From an uncultured Methylocystaceae bacterium (lineage in GTDB: Bacteria; Pseudomonadota; Alphaproteobacteria; Rhizobiales; Beijerinckiaceae): a stretch of DNA of 64,000 nt. The translations under genes and the position numbers were made by a program. Under the pieces are notes generated by a model that did not search any database, was not told the origin of the DNA, and was given only the letters and a program-made list of their open reading frames with translations. Location: the NCBI GenBank assembly GCA_937870755.1, contig CALMZV010000176.1, forward strand, positions 818-64,817, in the 5' to 3' direction. This document shows positions 27,795 through 40,009 of the stretch, in pieces. The stretch's first letter is position 1, and every line of letters begins with the position of its first letter.

Positions 27795-29845
27795 GCGCTC
27801 TCCGTGGCGAAGCCGCGTTTCTCGATGAGCGCCTGCGGGTCCGGGTCGCGCCCGCGGAAATGGCGATAGGCGTTTTCCGGCGTCTCGCGCCCGCCGGCGG
27901 CGTAGACGAAATCCTTCAGCCGTCTGGCGACGGCGGGATCGAACACGTCGCCCGTTTCCTCGAACGCCTTGAACCCGTCAGCGTCCAGCGTCTCGGACCA
28001 CAGATACGAATAGTAGCCGGCGGCGTAGCCGTCGCCGTTGAAGATGTGCCCGAAATGCGGCGTGCGATGGCGCATGACCATGTCGTGGGGCATGTCGATG
28101 CGCGCGAGGTCGGCGCGTTCGAACGCGGCGACGTCGAACCCCGTGTCGGGATGTTTGAGGTGCAGGTCCAGATCGACCAGCGCGCACGACAGATATTCGA
28201 TGGTGGCGAAACCCTGGTTGAAATTGCGCGAGGCCTCGATGCGCGCGATCAGATCGTCCGGCATCGGTTCGCCTGTCCGCGCATGGCGGGCGAAACGTGA
28301 AAGCACTTCCCTGCGCATCATCCAGTGTTCGTAGAGCTGCGAAGGAAACTCCACGAAATCGCGCGCCACGCTCGTGCCGGCGATCGAAGGATAGGTCACG
28401 TCGGACAACATGCCGTGCAGCCCGTGGCCGAATTCGTGGAACAGGGTGCGCGCGTCCGACAGGCTGATTTCGGTCGCCTTGCCGTCCGGCGCCTTGGCGA
28501 AATTCATCACGTTGACGACGATCGGCCGCACGCGTCCGTCGAGATTGCTCTGGCCGCGCATCGCCGACATCCACGCGCCGCCGCGCTTGCCGGGCCGCGC
28601 GTAATAGTCGGCCACGAACAGCGCGACGTGCTCGCCCCTTTCGTCGCGCGCCTCGAACGCGCGCGCGTCCGGGTGGTGCAGCGCCAGCCCCTCCACCTCG
28701 CGGAAAGCGATGCCGAACAGCTTGTGCGCCACGTCGAACGCGGCCGCGATCACGTTGTCGAGCGTGAGATAGGCGCGGATTTCGTTTTCGTCGATGGCGT
28801 GCAGTTCGCGCCGCGCCTTCTCCGCGAAATATCGCCAGTCGTGCGCGGCGATCTCGTGGTTGTCGCCCGCGCGGCGCGCGACATCCTGCAACACGGCGCG
28901 TTCGCGCTCCACCTGCGCACGCGCCGGTTTCCACACGCGCTCCAGCAGATCGCGCACGCGGTCGGGGGTTTTCGCCATCTGGTCTTCGAGTTTGTAATGC
29001 GCGTAGGTCTCGTAGCCGAGCATCCGCGCGCTCTCGTCGCGCAGCGCCACGATCTCGTTCATGATCGCGTGGTTGCTGGTGTCCGGCGTCAGCTCGCCGC
29101 GTTCGGTCCACGCCTTGAACGCCTTCTCCCGCAGGTCGCGCCGCGCCGACCAGGTGACGAACGGCTCCACGCTCGAACGCGCGAGCGTGATGGCGTATTT
29201 GTCAGGCGCCCCGCGTTCGGCGGCGGCCGCGGCGGCCGCCTCGCGCAGCGTCTGCGGCAGCCCGTCGAGGTCGGACGCCTCCAGCATCATCGTCCAGTCG
29301 GTCTCGTCCTTCAGCACGTTCTGCGAGAATTGCGCGTAGAGCGTCGCGAGCCGTTCGGAAATCTCCGCATAACGCTTCTTGCTGTCCTGCGGGAGCATCG
29401 CGCCCGACCGTTTGAAACCGTCGTAGGTCAGCGTCAACACCCGCGCCTGTTCGGCGGACAGGTTCAGCGCGTCGCGTTTCTCCCACACAGCCGCAATGCG
29501 GCCGAACAGGCCCGCGTCGAGCCCGATGGCCGAGTAGTGGGCGGCGAGTTTCGGCGCGAGTTCGCGTTCGAGCGCCAGCATCTGCGGCGTGGAGACGGTG
29601 GCCGACGAAATCCAGAAGGCGCCGTCGGCGCGCCGCAACCCTTCGCCGGCCCGCTCCAGCGCGGCGATCGTGTTGTCGAAATCCGGCGGGGCGGGGTCGG
29701 CGACGATGGCGGCGATCTCTGCTCTGTGGTCGTCCATGGCGCGCGCGTAGGCGGGGCCGTAGTGTTCGGGCCGGAGGGCGGCGAACGGCGGCAGGCCGAA
29801 CGGAGTGTCGGGAACGGCGATCAGCGGGTTGTCGGTTTCGGCCAA
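27791..29845 (-). CDS. dcp: M3-family peptidyl-dipeptidase Dcp
   Basis: ORF 27791..30094 with an HEFGH zinc motif (TLFHEFGHGLHGML). Alignment from memory with E. coli Dcp begins near ETDNPLIAV. The stretch upstream to ATG 29968 is full of rare codons (AGA, TTA, AGG, ATA, TCT), so I prefer the TTG start at 29845 (684 aa). The 5' end is uncertain. Confidence 0.85.
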   Translation of the reverse strand: MAETDNPLIAVPDTPFGLPPFAALRPEHYGPAYARAMDDHRAEIAAIVADPAPPDFDNTIAALERAGEGLRRADGAFWISSATVSTPQMLALERELAPKLAAHYSAIGLDAGLFGRIAAVWEKRDALNLSAEQARVLTLTYDGFKRSGAMLPQDSKKRYAEISERLATLYAQFSQNVLKDETDWTMMLEASDLDGLPQTLREAAAAAAAERGAPDKYAITLARSSVEPFVTWSARRDLREKAFKAWTERGELTPDTSNHAIMNEIVALRDESARMLGYETYAHYKLEDQMAKTPDRVRDLLERVWKPARAQVERERAVLQDVARRAGDNHEIAAHDWRYFAEKARRELHAIDENEIRAYLTLDNVIAAAFDVAHKLFGIAFREVEGLALHHPDARAFEARDERGEHVALFVADYYARPGKRGGAWMSAMRGQSNLDGRVRPIVVNVMNFAKAPDGKATEISLSDARTLFHEFGHGLHGMLSDVTYPSIAGTSVARDFVEFPSQLYEHWMMRREVLSRFARHARTGEPMPDDLIARIEASRNFNQGFATIEYLSCALVDLDLHLKHPDTGFDVAAFERADLARIDMPHDMVMRHRTPHFGHIFNGDGYAAGYYSYLWSETLDADGFKAFEETGDVFDPAVARRLKDFVYAAGGRETPENAYRHFRGRDPDPQALIEKRGFATESA

Positions 29846-30042
29846 GGAGCGCTCGTGGGGGTTGCGGCGGACGCCGGAAGGAAGGACGCAAGATATAACG
29901 ACGGAACAATCCGTCCTTAAAGGGCGGGGCCGGGGCAATCTCCCGGCAGCGTCACTTTTTTGCTGCATCGGGGGATCGCCGTTGCTATAGAGCGGCGCCC
30001 GGCGGGGATGGCCGCGCGGCGCGAACGCGCGCCCGGCCGTCT

Positions 30043-30127
30043 GCGGGCGTGGCGGAACTGGTAGACGCAGTGGATTTAGGTTCCACCGCCGCAAGGCATG
30101 GGGGTTCGAGTCCCTCCGCCCGCACCA
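30043..30127 (+). tRNA. tRNA-Leu (anticodon TAG)
   Basis: 85-nt GCGGGCGTGGCGGAACTGGTAGACGC...GGATTTAGGTTCC...long variable arm...GGTTCGAGTCCCTCCGCCCGCACCA. Cloverleaf with a class II variable arm. It aligns with the E. coli tRNA-Leu(UAG) sequence as I recall it. Confidence 0.93.
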
Positions 30128-30188
30128 CGCCCGTCAGGGGAAATTTCCGCCGCACGCGCGGCGAACTGGTTTCGGAAGGTTGATCGCA

Positions 30189-31553
30189 ATGCAGGTGACG
30201 CAGACGAGCGCTGAGGGGCTGAAGCGCGAATTCAAAGTGGTGCTTCCGGCCGCCGAACTCGCGGCCAAGCTCGAAGCGCAGATCGAGGACATGAAGTCCA
30301 AGGTCAAGATCAACGGCTTCCGGCCGGGCAAGGTGCCGGCCGCCCACATCCGCAAGCTCTATGGCAAGTCCATCATGGGCGAGGTCGTGCAGGAGGCCGT
30401 CAACGAGGCCAACCGCAAGATCGTCGAGGACAACAACCTGCGGCTCGCCGGCGAGCCCCGGCTGGACGTGGTCGGCGGCCAGGAAGAGATGGAGAAGGTC
30501 TTCGAGGCGAGGGGCGACCTGGCCTTCACCGTCGCTCTGGAGACGCTGCCCACTTTCGAGATCGGCACGTTCGCCGACGTCGAGGTCGAGAAGATCGTGG
30601 TCGACGCGCCCGAAAGCGACGTCGAGGAGGCCATCCAGCGCATGGCCGATCAGGCGCGCCCCTTCGAGGAGCGCGAGGGCGACGCGCCGGTCGCACAGAG
30701 CGGCGACAAGGTGTCGATCGATTTCGTCGGCAAGATCGGCGGAGAGGAATTCGAGGGCGGCAAGGGCGAAGGCGTCGACCTCGTGCTCGGCTCCAAGAGC
30801 TTCATCCCTGGCTTCGAGGAGCAGGTCGTGGGGCTCGGGAAGGGTGAGACGAAGACCATAGCGGTCACGTTCCCCGAGAATTACGCCGCCGCGCGTCTGG
30901 CGGGCAAGGAAGCGACCTTCGACGTGACGGTGCGGAGCGTCGCCGCCCCCGGCGAACTGGCCATCGACGACGAATTCGCCAAGAAGTTCGGCTTCGACAC
31001 GCTCGAGGCCATGCGCGAGGCCGTGCGCGGCAATATCGCCAGCGAACTCGGCAAGGGCGCCCGCGCCCACACCAAGCGCCGCCTGCTCGACGCGCTGGAC
31101 AAGCGCTACGCGTTCGAACTGCCCGAGGGGCTGGTGACGCAGGAGTTCGAGGGCATCTGGCGCTCGCTGCTGCAGGAACAGCAGGCGGCCGGCCGCACCT
31201 TCGCCGACGAGGACACGACGGAGGAGAAGGCGCGCGAGGAATATCGCAAGATCGCCGAGCGCCGCGTGCGGCTTGGCCTGCTGCTGGCCGAAGTCGGCGA
31301 GAAGGCCGGCGTGAAGGTCGAGGACAACGAGGTCACGCAGGCGCTAATCGAGCGCGTGCGCTCGTTCCCCGGCCAGGAACAGGCGGTGTGGCAATATTAT
31401 CAGAAGAATCCGCAGGCGCTGGGCGAGATCCGCGCCCCGCTGTTCGAGGAAAAGGTCATCGACCATATCCTCGGTCAGGCGAAGGTCACCGAGCGCAAGG
31501 TGACGCGCGAGGAACTCGTGAAAATGGCCGAGGACGCCGTCGACGAGGCCTGA
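30189..31553 (+). CDS. tig: trigger factor
   Basis: ORF 30180..31553. [24 protein letters not shown]..., with an FKBP-type PPIase middle domain (GFRPGKVP near the N-terminus). Lies upstream of clpP-clpX. Confidence 0.95.
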   Translation: MQVTQTSAEGLKREFKVVLPAAELAAKLEAQIEDMKSKVKINGFRPGKVPAAHIRKLYGKSIMGEVVQEAVNEANRKIVEDNNLRLAGEPRLDVVGGQEEMEKVFEARGDLAFTVALETLPTFEIGTFADVEVEKIVVDAPESDVEEAIQRMADQARPFEEREGDAPVAQSGDKVSIDFVGKIGGEEFEGGKGEGVDLVLGSKSFIPGFEEQVVGLGKGETKTIAVTFPENYAAARLAGKEATFDVTVRSVAAPGELAIDDEFAKKFGFDTLEAMREAVRGNIASELGKGARAHTKRRLLDALDKRYAFELPEGLVTQEFEGIWRSLLQEQQAAGRTFADEDTTEEKAREEYRKIAERRVRLGLLLAEVGEKAGVKVEDNEVTQALIERVRSFPGQEQAVWQYYQKNPQALGEIRAPLFEEKVIDHILGQAKVTERKVTREELVKMAEDAVDEA

Positions 31554-31606
31554 GCGGCCGTCCGGCCGGCGGCCAGGCCCCTGAACGTCTTTCGAGGATC
31601 ATCGAG

Positions 31607-31640
31607 GGAGCGCGACCCGGTCGCGCTCCTTGTTCGTTTG
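31607..31640 (+). terminator. intrinsic terminator of tig
   Basis: GGAGCGCGA-CCCGG-TCGCGCTCC is a perfect 9-bp stem, followed by TTGTTCGTTTG. Confidence 0.7.
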
Positions 31641-31680
31641 CGCGCCCCCGTCGCGCTTCTTGTTCGTTTGCGCGCCCCCG
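31621..31680 (+). repeat. 2 x 30-bp tandem duplication (TCGCGCTYCTTGTTCGTTTGCGCGCCCCCG), 1 mismatch
   Basis: Read directly: 31621-31650 versus 31651-31680. It duplicates the 3' arm and T-tract of the tig terminator. Confidence 0.9.
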
Positions 31681-31846
31681 TTTGTCCGGGCGGCCCTTTT
31701 CGCGCGCGTCGCTCTCGCCTATCTGTCGAGACGACGGTGACAGCCCTTCAACCATAGGTGGAGTTTCGCGCCCCTGCGGGCGGCGACCCGTCCCCAGCGA
31801 TGGTATAGTTTTCCGAATCGAAGTCCCAGCCCCAGGAACCGACGCG

Positions 31847-32482
31847 ATGCGCGATCCGATCGAGGTTTATAATCAATATCTTATTCCCCAGGTCATCGAG
31901 AACACGAGCCGGGGCGAGCGCGGATTCGACATCTATTCGCGCCTGCTGCGCGAGCGCATCATCTTTCTGACGGGGCCGGTCGAGGACCACATGGCCTCGG
32001 TCATCATCGCCCAGCTGCTCTTCCTGGAGGCCGAGAACCCCAAGAAAGAGATCTCCATGTACATCAATTCGCCGGGCGGCGTGGTGACGGCGGGAATGGC
32101 GATCTACGACACCATGCAGTTCATCCGACCCAAGGTCTCCACGCTGTGCGTGGGGCAGGCGGCCTCGATGGGCTCGCTGCTGCTGTGCGCGGGCGACCCC
32201 GGCATGCGCTTCGCGCTGCCGAACGCGCGCATCATGGTCCACCAGCCCTCCGGCGGCTTCCAGGGGCAGGCGTCCGACATCCTCCGCCATGCGGAGGACA
32301 TCATGAAGATCAAGAAGCGCCTGAACGACGTCTATGTGAAACATACCGGTAAGGATTACGACACGATCGAGCGCACCCTCGACCGCGACCATTTCATGTC
32401 GGCGGAAGAGGCCCGCGAATTCGGCATTGTCGATCAGGTCTACTCCAGGCGGCCCGAGGACCAGGCGGCGGCCGCCGGCTGA
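31847..32482 (+). CDS. clpP: ATP-dependent Clp protease proteolytic subunit
   Basis: In-frame ATG at 31847 in track ORF 31388..32482. ...[19 protein letters not shown]..., catalytic GQAASMGS and MVHQPSGG motifs. Confidence 0.96.
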   Translation: MRDPIEVYNQYLIPQVIENTSRGERGFDIYSRLLRERIIFLTGPVEDHMASVIIAQLLFLEAENPKKEISMYINSPGGVVTAGMAIYDTMQFIRPKVSTLCVGQAASMGSLLLCAGDPGMRFALPNARIMVHQPSGGFQGQASDILRHAEDIMKIKKRLNDVYVKHTGKDYDTIERTLDRDHFMSAEEAREFGIVDQVYSRRPEDQAAAAG

Positions 32483-32724
32483 CCTCGCAAAAGGCCAAGC
32501 TATTGGTTAAACGTCATTTTTCGCCGCGCGGGGCGGAAAGTGTTGGCGCGCCGGGCGATTTGCGCGATATTCGATCGCATGTCCGGCGTCTCGGTGCGGG
32601 CGCCGCCCCGCCTTTGGGCGGGCGATGTTCGCGGAGCGGTTCCACCTTTTGTTAGGCGGGCGCCTGTAGAGCTTACAATACGACCGAATCGCGCCGCGCG
32701 CGGGCCGGTCCCCAGGAGATTTCG

Positions 32725-33987
32725 ATGAGCAAGGTCGGCGCAAGCGACTCGAAGAACACGCTCTACTGCTCGTTCTGCGGCAAGAGCCAGCACGAGGTCC
32801 GCAAACTCATCGCCGGACCGACGGTCTTCATCTGCGACGAATGCGTCGAACTGTGCATGGACATCATCCGCGAGGAGAACAAGTCCGCGCTGGTGAAGAC
32901 GCGCGACGGCATTCCGACGCCGAAGGAGATCTGCAAGGTTCTCGACGATTACGTGATCGGCCAGTTCCAGGCCAAGCGCGTTCTGTCGGTGGCCGTCCAC
33001 AATCACTACAAGCGGCTCAACCACGCCACGAAGCACAACGATGTGGAGCTGGCCAAGTCCAACATCCTGCTCATCGGTCCGACCGGCTCCGGCAAGACGC
33101 TGCTCGCCCAGACGCTCGCCCGCATTCTCGACGTGCCGTTCACCATGGCCGACGCCACCACGCTGACGGAGGCCGGCTACGTCGGCGAGGACGTGGAGAA
33201 CATCATCCTCAAGCTGTTGCAGGCGTCCGACTATAATGTCGAGCGCGCGCAGCGCGGCATCGTCTACATCGACGAGATCGACAAGATTTCCCGCAAGTCC
33301 GACAATCCGTCGATCACGCGCGACGTGTCGGGCGAGGGCGTCCAGCAGGCGCTTCTCAAGATCATGGAAGGCACGGTCGCCTCCGTGCCGCCGCAGGGCG
33401 GCCGCAAGCATCCGCAGCAGGAATTCCTGCAGGTGGACACCACTAACATCCTGTTCATCTGCGGCGGCGCCTTCGCGGGGCTGGAGAAGATCATCTCGGG
33501 CCGCGGCAAGGGCACGTCCATCGGCTTCGCGGCCGATGTGAAGGCGCCCGACGACCGGCGCACCGGCGAGGTGTTCCGTCAGGTGGAGCCCGAAGACTTG
33601 CTCAAGTTCGGCCTCATCCCCGAATTCGTCGGCCGCCTGCCGGTGATCGCGACGCTCGAGGACCTCGATGAGGACGCGCTGAAGAAAATCCTCACCGAGC
33701 CGAAGAATGCGCTGGTCAAGCAGTATCAGCGGCTGTTCGAGATGGAGAACACGGAACTGACGTTCCAGGACGACGCGCTCAACGTCATCGCGCGCAAGGC
33801 CATCGAGCGGCGCACCGGCGCGCGCGGCCTGCGCTCCATCATGGAAGGCATCCTGCTCGACACCATGTTCGATCTGCCGGGTCTCGAAGGCGTGGAACAG
33901 GTCGTCATCGGGCCGGAAGTGGTCGAGGGCAAGGCGCGCCCGCTCTACATCTACGCCGAACGCGACAAGGCCGGCGCCAGCGCCTGA
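32725..33987 (+). CDS. clpX: ATP-dependent Clp protease ATP-binding subunit ClpX
   Basis: 420-aa ORF with zinc-binding [11 protein letters not shown]...ICDECV, Walker A GPTGSGKT and the IGF-loop region. Confidence 0.97.
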   Translation: MSKVGASDSKNTLYCSFCGKSQHEVRKLIAGPTVFICDECVELCMDIIREENKSALVKTRDGIPTPKEICKVLDDYVIGQFQAKRVLSVAVHNHYKRLNHATKHNDVELAKSNILLIGPTGSGKTLLAQTLARILDVPFTMADATTLTEAGYVGEDVENIILKLLQASDYNVERAQRGIVYIDEIDKISRKSDNPSITRDVSGEGVQQALLKIMEGTVASVPPQGGRKHPQQEFLQVDTTNILFICGGAFAGLEKIISGRGKGTSIGFAADVKAPDDRRTGEVFRQVEPEDLLKFGLIPEFVGRLPVIATLEDLDEDALKKILTEPKNALVKQYQRLFEMENTELTFQDDALNVIARKAIERRTGARGLRSIMEGILLDTMFDLPGLEGVEQVVIGPEVVEGKARPLYIYAERDKAGASA

Positions 33988-34010
33988 CGGGCCGTTGGGC
34001 CGACCGATCG

Positions 34011-34041
34011 ACGGCCGCCCTCCGGGCGGCCGTTTCGTTTC
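34011..34041. terminator. bidirectional GC-rich hairpin after clpX
   Basis: ACGGCCGCCC-TCC-GGGCGGCCGT followed by TTCGTTTC. Its arms are nearly identical to those of the hairpin at 13108-13138. Confidence 0.7.
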
Positions 34042-35644
34042 AGGGCTTCGTTTCCGGCGCCTTCATCGGCGCCTCGACGACTTCGGGTTTCAGATAGCCG
34101 TAGACGAAGCGGCGCTCGCCGTATTTCCAGCACTTGCGGCGCTTCCATTCGATGGGCGCGCCCTCGGCCTGTTTGAACAGCGCCGGCGCAAACAGGTCCG
34201 CGCGGCCGACATAGTAGCCGACGGGCGAATCGAAGAACGGGCTGGAGCGCAACGCGTCGAGATAGGTGCAGTCGCTGCGCGCGGGCGCGTCGAGCGCGAG
34301 GTTGCGGCCGATTTCCACCGCCGGCGTGATGGCGGCGAGCCCCAGATAGGCCGCCATCTGGATGCGCGCCTTGCGCAGCGCCGGGTCGACGGGCGCCGCC
34401 GCCCGCGCGTTCCACATCCGCGCGACGGCTTCCGCCAGCCGCAGCGCGAGGATCGTCAGCGCCGGAATCGAGCCGCGCGAGGCGAAATCGTTCGCGAAGC
34501 CGATCTGATAGAAGGGAATGACGAGCAGCAGCGCGCCAATCAGCACGAGTTCGTTGCGCGCCAGCGTCGATCCCGCATCCCGGCCGCGCCAGGCCAGCGC
34601 GAGGAACGGCAGGATCTCGAAAGCGACCAGCGCGACATAGCTCGGCAGGAATCCGTCCTGCAGCAACAGCCAGTCCTTCTCCACCTTCGCGGAATCCGTC
34701 GTGAGATAGACGAGGATCGGCAGGACGCCGGCGGCGGCGGCCAGCGCCGGAACGAACCATCGCGGCGCGAGCGCCCGCCAGAGCGAAGCGACGCCCGTCC
34801 CGCCCGCGCGCTTGCCGAACGCGTCGGCCGCGAGCGCGAACACGATGAAGGGGGCCGCGCCGACCGCCGCGATCGGCGACCAGATGACGACGAGCGCCCA
34901 CATCGGGCACAGCGCCAGCGCCGGCATGCGGCCCGAGCGCCACACCTGATAGGCGGCGGCGAACGCCCAGCCGGCGAACCCGTGATGCGGCGCCCAGAAC
35001 AGCACGGTCATGGGCGAGGAGAACTGGAAGAAGCCGGACCAGACCTCGATATGCGGGGCGAGCGTGGAGTCGCGCCCCTTGATCCACTCGACCGCCCACG
35101 GAATGACGTCGATGCCGCTGAAGGCGAAGAACAGGCCGAGCGTGAGCCAGCGATGGCGTCCGTCCGCGACCGTCATGCCGAAGATGTAGACGATCAGCCC
35201 GAGCAGCAGCGCGCTCTGGGCGAGCAGGGCGTAATCGGCAGCCGGAACGCCGAACATCTTGCCGACGAGCGCAGGTCCGAGAAACAGGCCAACCGGCGCG
35301 CGCATGGTCATGTCCACGCCATCCACGCGATAGGCGGGCGGCCAGGGATTGCGCACCAGATCGGCCAGCAGCGCATCGCGCACCGTCCAGTCGTCGGCCT
35401 GGAAAAAGAAATGGCCCTGGCCGCCGATCACGCTGAACATGAGCGCCGCCGCCACGCACCCGGCCAGAAACCGCCAGTCGGGCCGCGCCCGCCAGTCGCC
35501 CCGCCACACGATGGGCGCCATCGCCAGCGCCAGCGCCGCCGCGACCGCCAGAGCCGCCGTCGGCTGCAGGAAGCCCACGGCGAAAGCGACGTTGGGGACG
35601 AGAAGCAGGAGGCCGACGAGGGCGAGCGAGGCGGAGACGTACAT
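34040..35644 (-). CDS. polytopic integral membrane protein of unknown family (possible GT-C-fold glycosyltransferase or polymerase)
   Basis: 534-aa ORF with at least 10 hydrophobic segments and an acidic DD pair in the first extracytoplasmic loop (GQGHFFFQADDWTVRD). About 100 aa of the C-terminus are non-hydrophobic. I recognise no family. Confidence 0.55.
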   Translation of the reverse strand: MYVSASLALVGLLLLVPNVAFAVGFLQPTAALAVAAALALAMAPIVWRGDWRARPDWRFLAGCVAAALMFSVIGGQGHFFFQADDWTVRDALLADLVRNPWPPAYRVDGVDMTMRAPVGLFLGPALVGKMFGVPAADYALLAQSALLLGLIVYIFGMTVADGRHRWLTLGLFFAFSGIDVIPWAVEWIKGRDSTLAPHIEVWSGFFQFSSPMTVLFWAPHHGFAGWAFAAAYQVWRSGRMPALALCPMWALVVIWSPIAAVGAAPFIVFALAADAFGKRAGGTGVASLWRALAPRWFVPALAAAAGVLPILVYLTTDSAKVEKDWLLLQDGFLPSYVALVAFEILPFLALAWRGRDAGSTLARNELVLIGALLLVIPFYQIGFANDFASRGSIPALTILALRLAEAVARMWNARAAAPVDPALRKARIQMAAYLGLAAITPAVEIGRNLALDAPARSDCTYLDALRSSPFFDSPVGYYVGRADLFAPALFKQAEGAPIEWKRRKCWKYGERRFVYGYLKPEVVEAPMKAPETKP

Positions 35645-35703
35645 TTAGGCGAAAAGTCCCGAGGAGGGGAGCGTGCAACCGGACATGGCGATGGCCGCGG
35701 AAA

Positions 35704-37236
35704 TCATGAGTTGCCCGCGTTCGTTCCGCCGCGCGCCGTGCGGATGCAGGCGAGCGCCACGACGCGGGCGTTGCTGTGGGAATGGCAATGGAAGTCCGAA
35801 AGCGCCTCGTCCAGTCGCGGCGGGAATTTCAGCGCGGCGGTCCGCCTGACTTCCCTGTCGTAGAGCCAGATGAAGCCCGCGCCGACATCGGCCGCCCGTT
35901 CGACGAGCGTCAGGTTGGGGTCCGATCCAAACGGCGTTCGGGCAGACGTGACCTCGATCTGGCGTCCGGCGCGTTTGAAGAAGAATTCGCCGACCAGTTT
36001 CATCTGCTCCGGCGCTGCGGTCTCGTTGTTGGGATTATCCCAGAAGAAAGTGACCGAGCGCGCGCCGGCGTCCATCAGGAAACGCGCGCCGGACTGGAAC
36101 TCGAACACATTGTACTGCCTGCGGTCGGTATTGCGATATTCCAGCGTCTGGAAGAAGGCGAGCAGCAGCACGAGGGCCGGCGCAATCCGAACGACGCTTC
36201 CCGCCCTTTCCGCAACCGCGGCGACGCCCAGCATCACCGCGGGAATGAACACGATCAGATATCGCGGCGTGAAATTCGGCCGGATCATGCAGAACGCGAT
36301 GAAAATGGCCCATCCGGCCGCCCCCGCGAGGGCGGCGAGCCACGGCGCCCGACCGCTCATCGGTCCGCTCGTGGCTTGCCTGTCTCGATACAGGCGGCCT
36401 GCGACAAGGATGACGGCGCAGACCGCCATCGCCATGGCGAGTTCCAGCCCCCCCATCGTCCAGATGTAGATCCTCGGAACCGTCGCGGCGTCGACGAGCG
36501 CGTACCATGAGTACTGTGGATCCGCGAATTCCAGCACCCGCGCGCTATGGACGGCCATGAAGGCCAATGCCGGCGCCAGTGGAAGGATGGCGGGCCAGAA
36601 GCCGAACGCCCGCCGCCCCAGAACCGCGAGCAGCAGCAGGCCCTGCGCGACCGCCAGGAACAGGGCGATGTAGTGGGTCAGCAGCAGCGCCGACACCGTC
36701 GCGGCCCACAGCAGGGCGCTCGTCTGCGTGCGCTGCGCCAGGAAGCGTATGAACGCCACCGTGTTGGCGACAGCGAGCGCGTAGAGCAGCGAATAGCCGC
36801 GCGCTTCGTTGGAGTAGATGATGGCCGGCAGCCACAGCGCCACGAGCGCGACCCACATCCAGCGGGCGCGCGCGCTCAGGCCCGGCGCGCCGGCGAGGCA
36901 CAGGAACGGCGCCGCCAGTCCGAACGCCAGCGCCGGCGCGCGCAGCGCCTCGTTGGAGAACGATGTGAGCGAGGACCACAGATGGGCGATGACGAAATAG
37001 GCGGGCGCGTTCACGTCCAGCAGGGACTGGCGCAGGACCGCTCCAAGGGACGGTTCGCTGGCGATCGCCGCCGTGATGGTTTCGTCAAGCCAGAGCGGGA
37101 GGTTTTCGCGCTGGGACAGCCGCAGCGCGACGCCGAACGCCAGCGCCAGAACGCCGAACGCCGCGAAAGGATCCAGGCCGGTTCGAATCGGTCGCCGGAG
37201 ACGGGCGATTGCGTCGAATTGCGCGGTCTCGGTCAT
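35704..37236 (-). CDS. glycosyltransferase family 39/83-like (PMT_2/ArnT-type, GT-C) membrane protein
   Basis: ORF 35704..37392. ATG at 37236 (MTETAQFD...). The N-terminal loop motif LPLWLDETITAAIA is typical of PMT_2/ArnT-type enzymes. Multiple TM helices precede a soluble C-terminal domain of about 150 aa. Confidence 0.6.
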   Translation of the reverse strand: MTETAQFDAIARLRRPIRTGLDPFAAFGVLALAFGVALRLSQRENLPLWLDETITAAIASEPSLGAVLRQSLLDVNAPAYFVIAHLWSSLTSFSNEALRAPALAFGLAAPFLCLAGAPGLSARARWMWVALVALWLPAIIYSNEARGYSLLYALAVANTVAFIRFLAQRTQTSALLWAATVSALLLTHYIALFLAVAQGLLLLAVLGRRAFGFWPAILPLAPALAFMAVHSARVLEFADPQYSWYALVDAATVPRIYIWTMGGLELAMAMAVCAVILVAGRLYRDRQATSGPMSGRAPWLAALAGAAGWAIFIAFCMIRPNFTPRYLIVFIPAVMLGVAAVAERAGSVVRIAPALVLLLAFFQTLEYRNTDRRQYNVFEFQSGARFLMDAGARSVTFFWDNPNNETAAPEQMKLVGEFFFKRAGRQIEVTSARTPFGSDPNLTLVERAADVGAGFIWLYDREVRRTAALKFPPRLDEALSDFHCHSHSNARVVALACIRTARGGTNAGNS

Positions 37237-37364
37237 GAATCTCGCAGACGGACGGGAAACGCGGCCGAACTTAGCCGGCGACGATTGAATCGGAGTTAAT
37301 TCAGCCTCGGCCGATCTCGCGTCGCGGCCCGGCGAATGGGCGCGCCCGCCGCGCGCGGCTCCGC

Positions 37365-37396
37365 CCTTTGCAAACAGGCCGCGCCATACCATGTAT
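37365..37396 (+). promoter_or_regulatory. candidate RpoH (sigma-32)-type promoter upstream of lon
   Basis: CCTTTGCAAACAGGCCGCGCCATACCATGTAT loosely matches CTTG(A)AA-N(13-18)-CC(C)CATNT, about 140 nt upstream of lon, a classical heat-shock gene. The match is loose. Confidence 0.25.
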
Positions 37397-37536
37397 CCCG
37401 GGAGCGGGGGGCGCTATCGGGCCCCGCCGCAGGACGTTAAGATCGCAGTCGGCGCGAATCGTGCTCCGGACGCGATCTGCACGTTTCGCCGCCGGGACGG
37501 CCTTGGGGCGTGTCGGCGGACGCGAAAGGACAGGAA

Positions 37537-39957
<2,421 letters not shown>

Positions 39958-39974
39958 CGAAATTCCACGACCCC

Positions 39975-40009
39975 AAAGGCCGCAATCCGCTGGATTGCGG
40001 CCTTTTTTT
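39975..40009 (+). terminator. intrinsic terminator of lon
   Basis: AAAGGCCGCAATCC-GCTG-GGATTGCGGCCTTT followed by a T-run (TTTTTTT). Confidence 0.9.

Noticed and set aside
31693-31724. Possible RpoH-type promoter (…CCCTTTT…N…CCTATCT) upstream of clpP
   Set aside because: The -10-like CCTATCT is reasonable, but there is no acceptable CTTG -35 element at the right spacing, so the match is too weak to annotate.
32483-32724. Imperfect hairpin (CGCCCCGCC-TTTG-GGCGGGCG, about 32604-32624) as a clpP-clpX attenuator
   Set aside because: The stem is imperfect with a bulged C and there is no U-tract. It is not distinguishable from random GC-rich self-complementarity.
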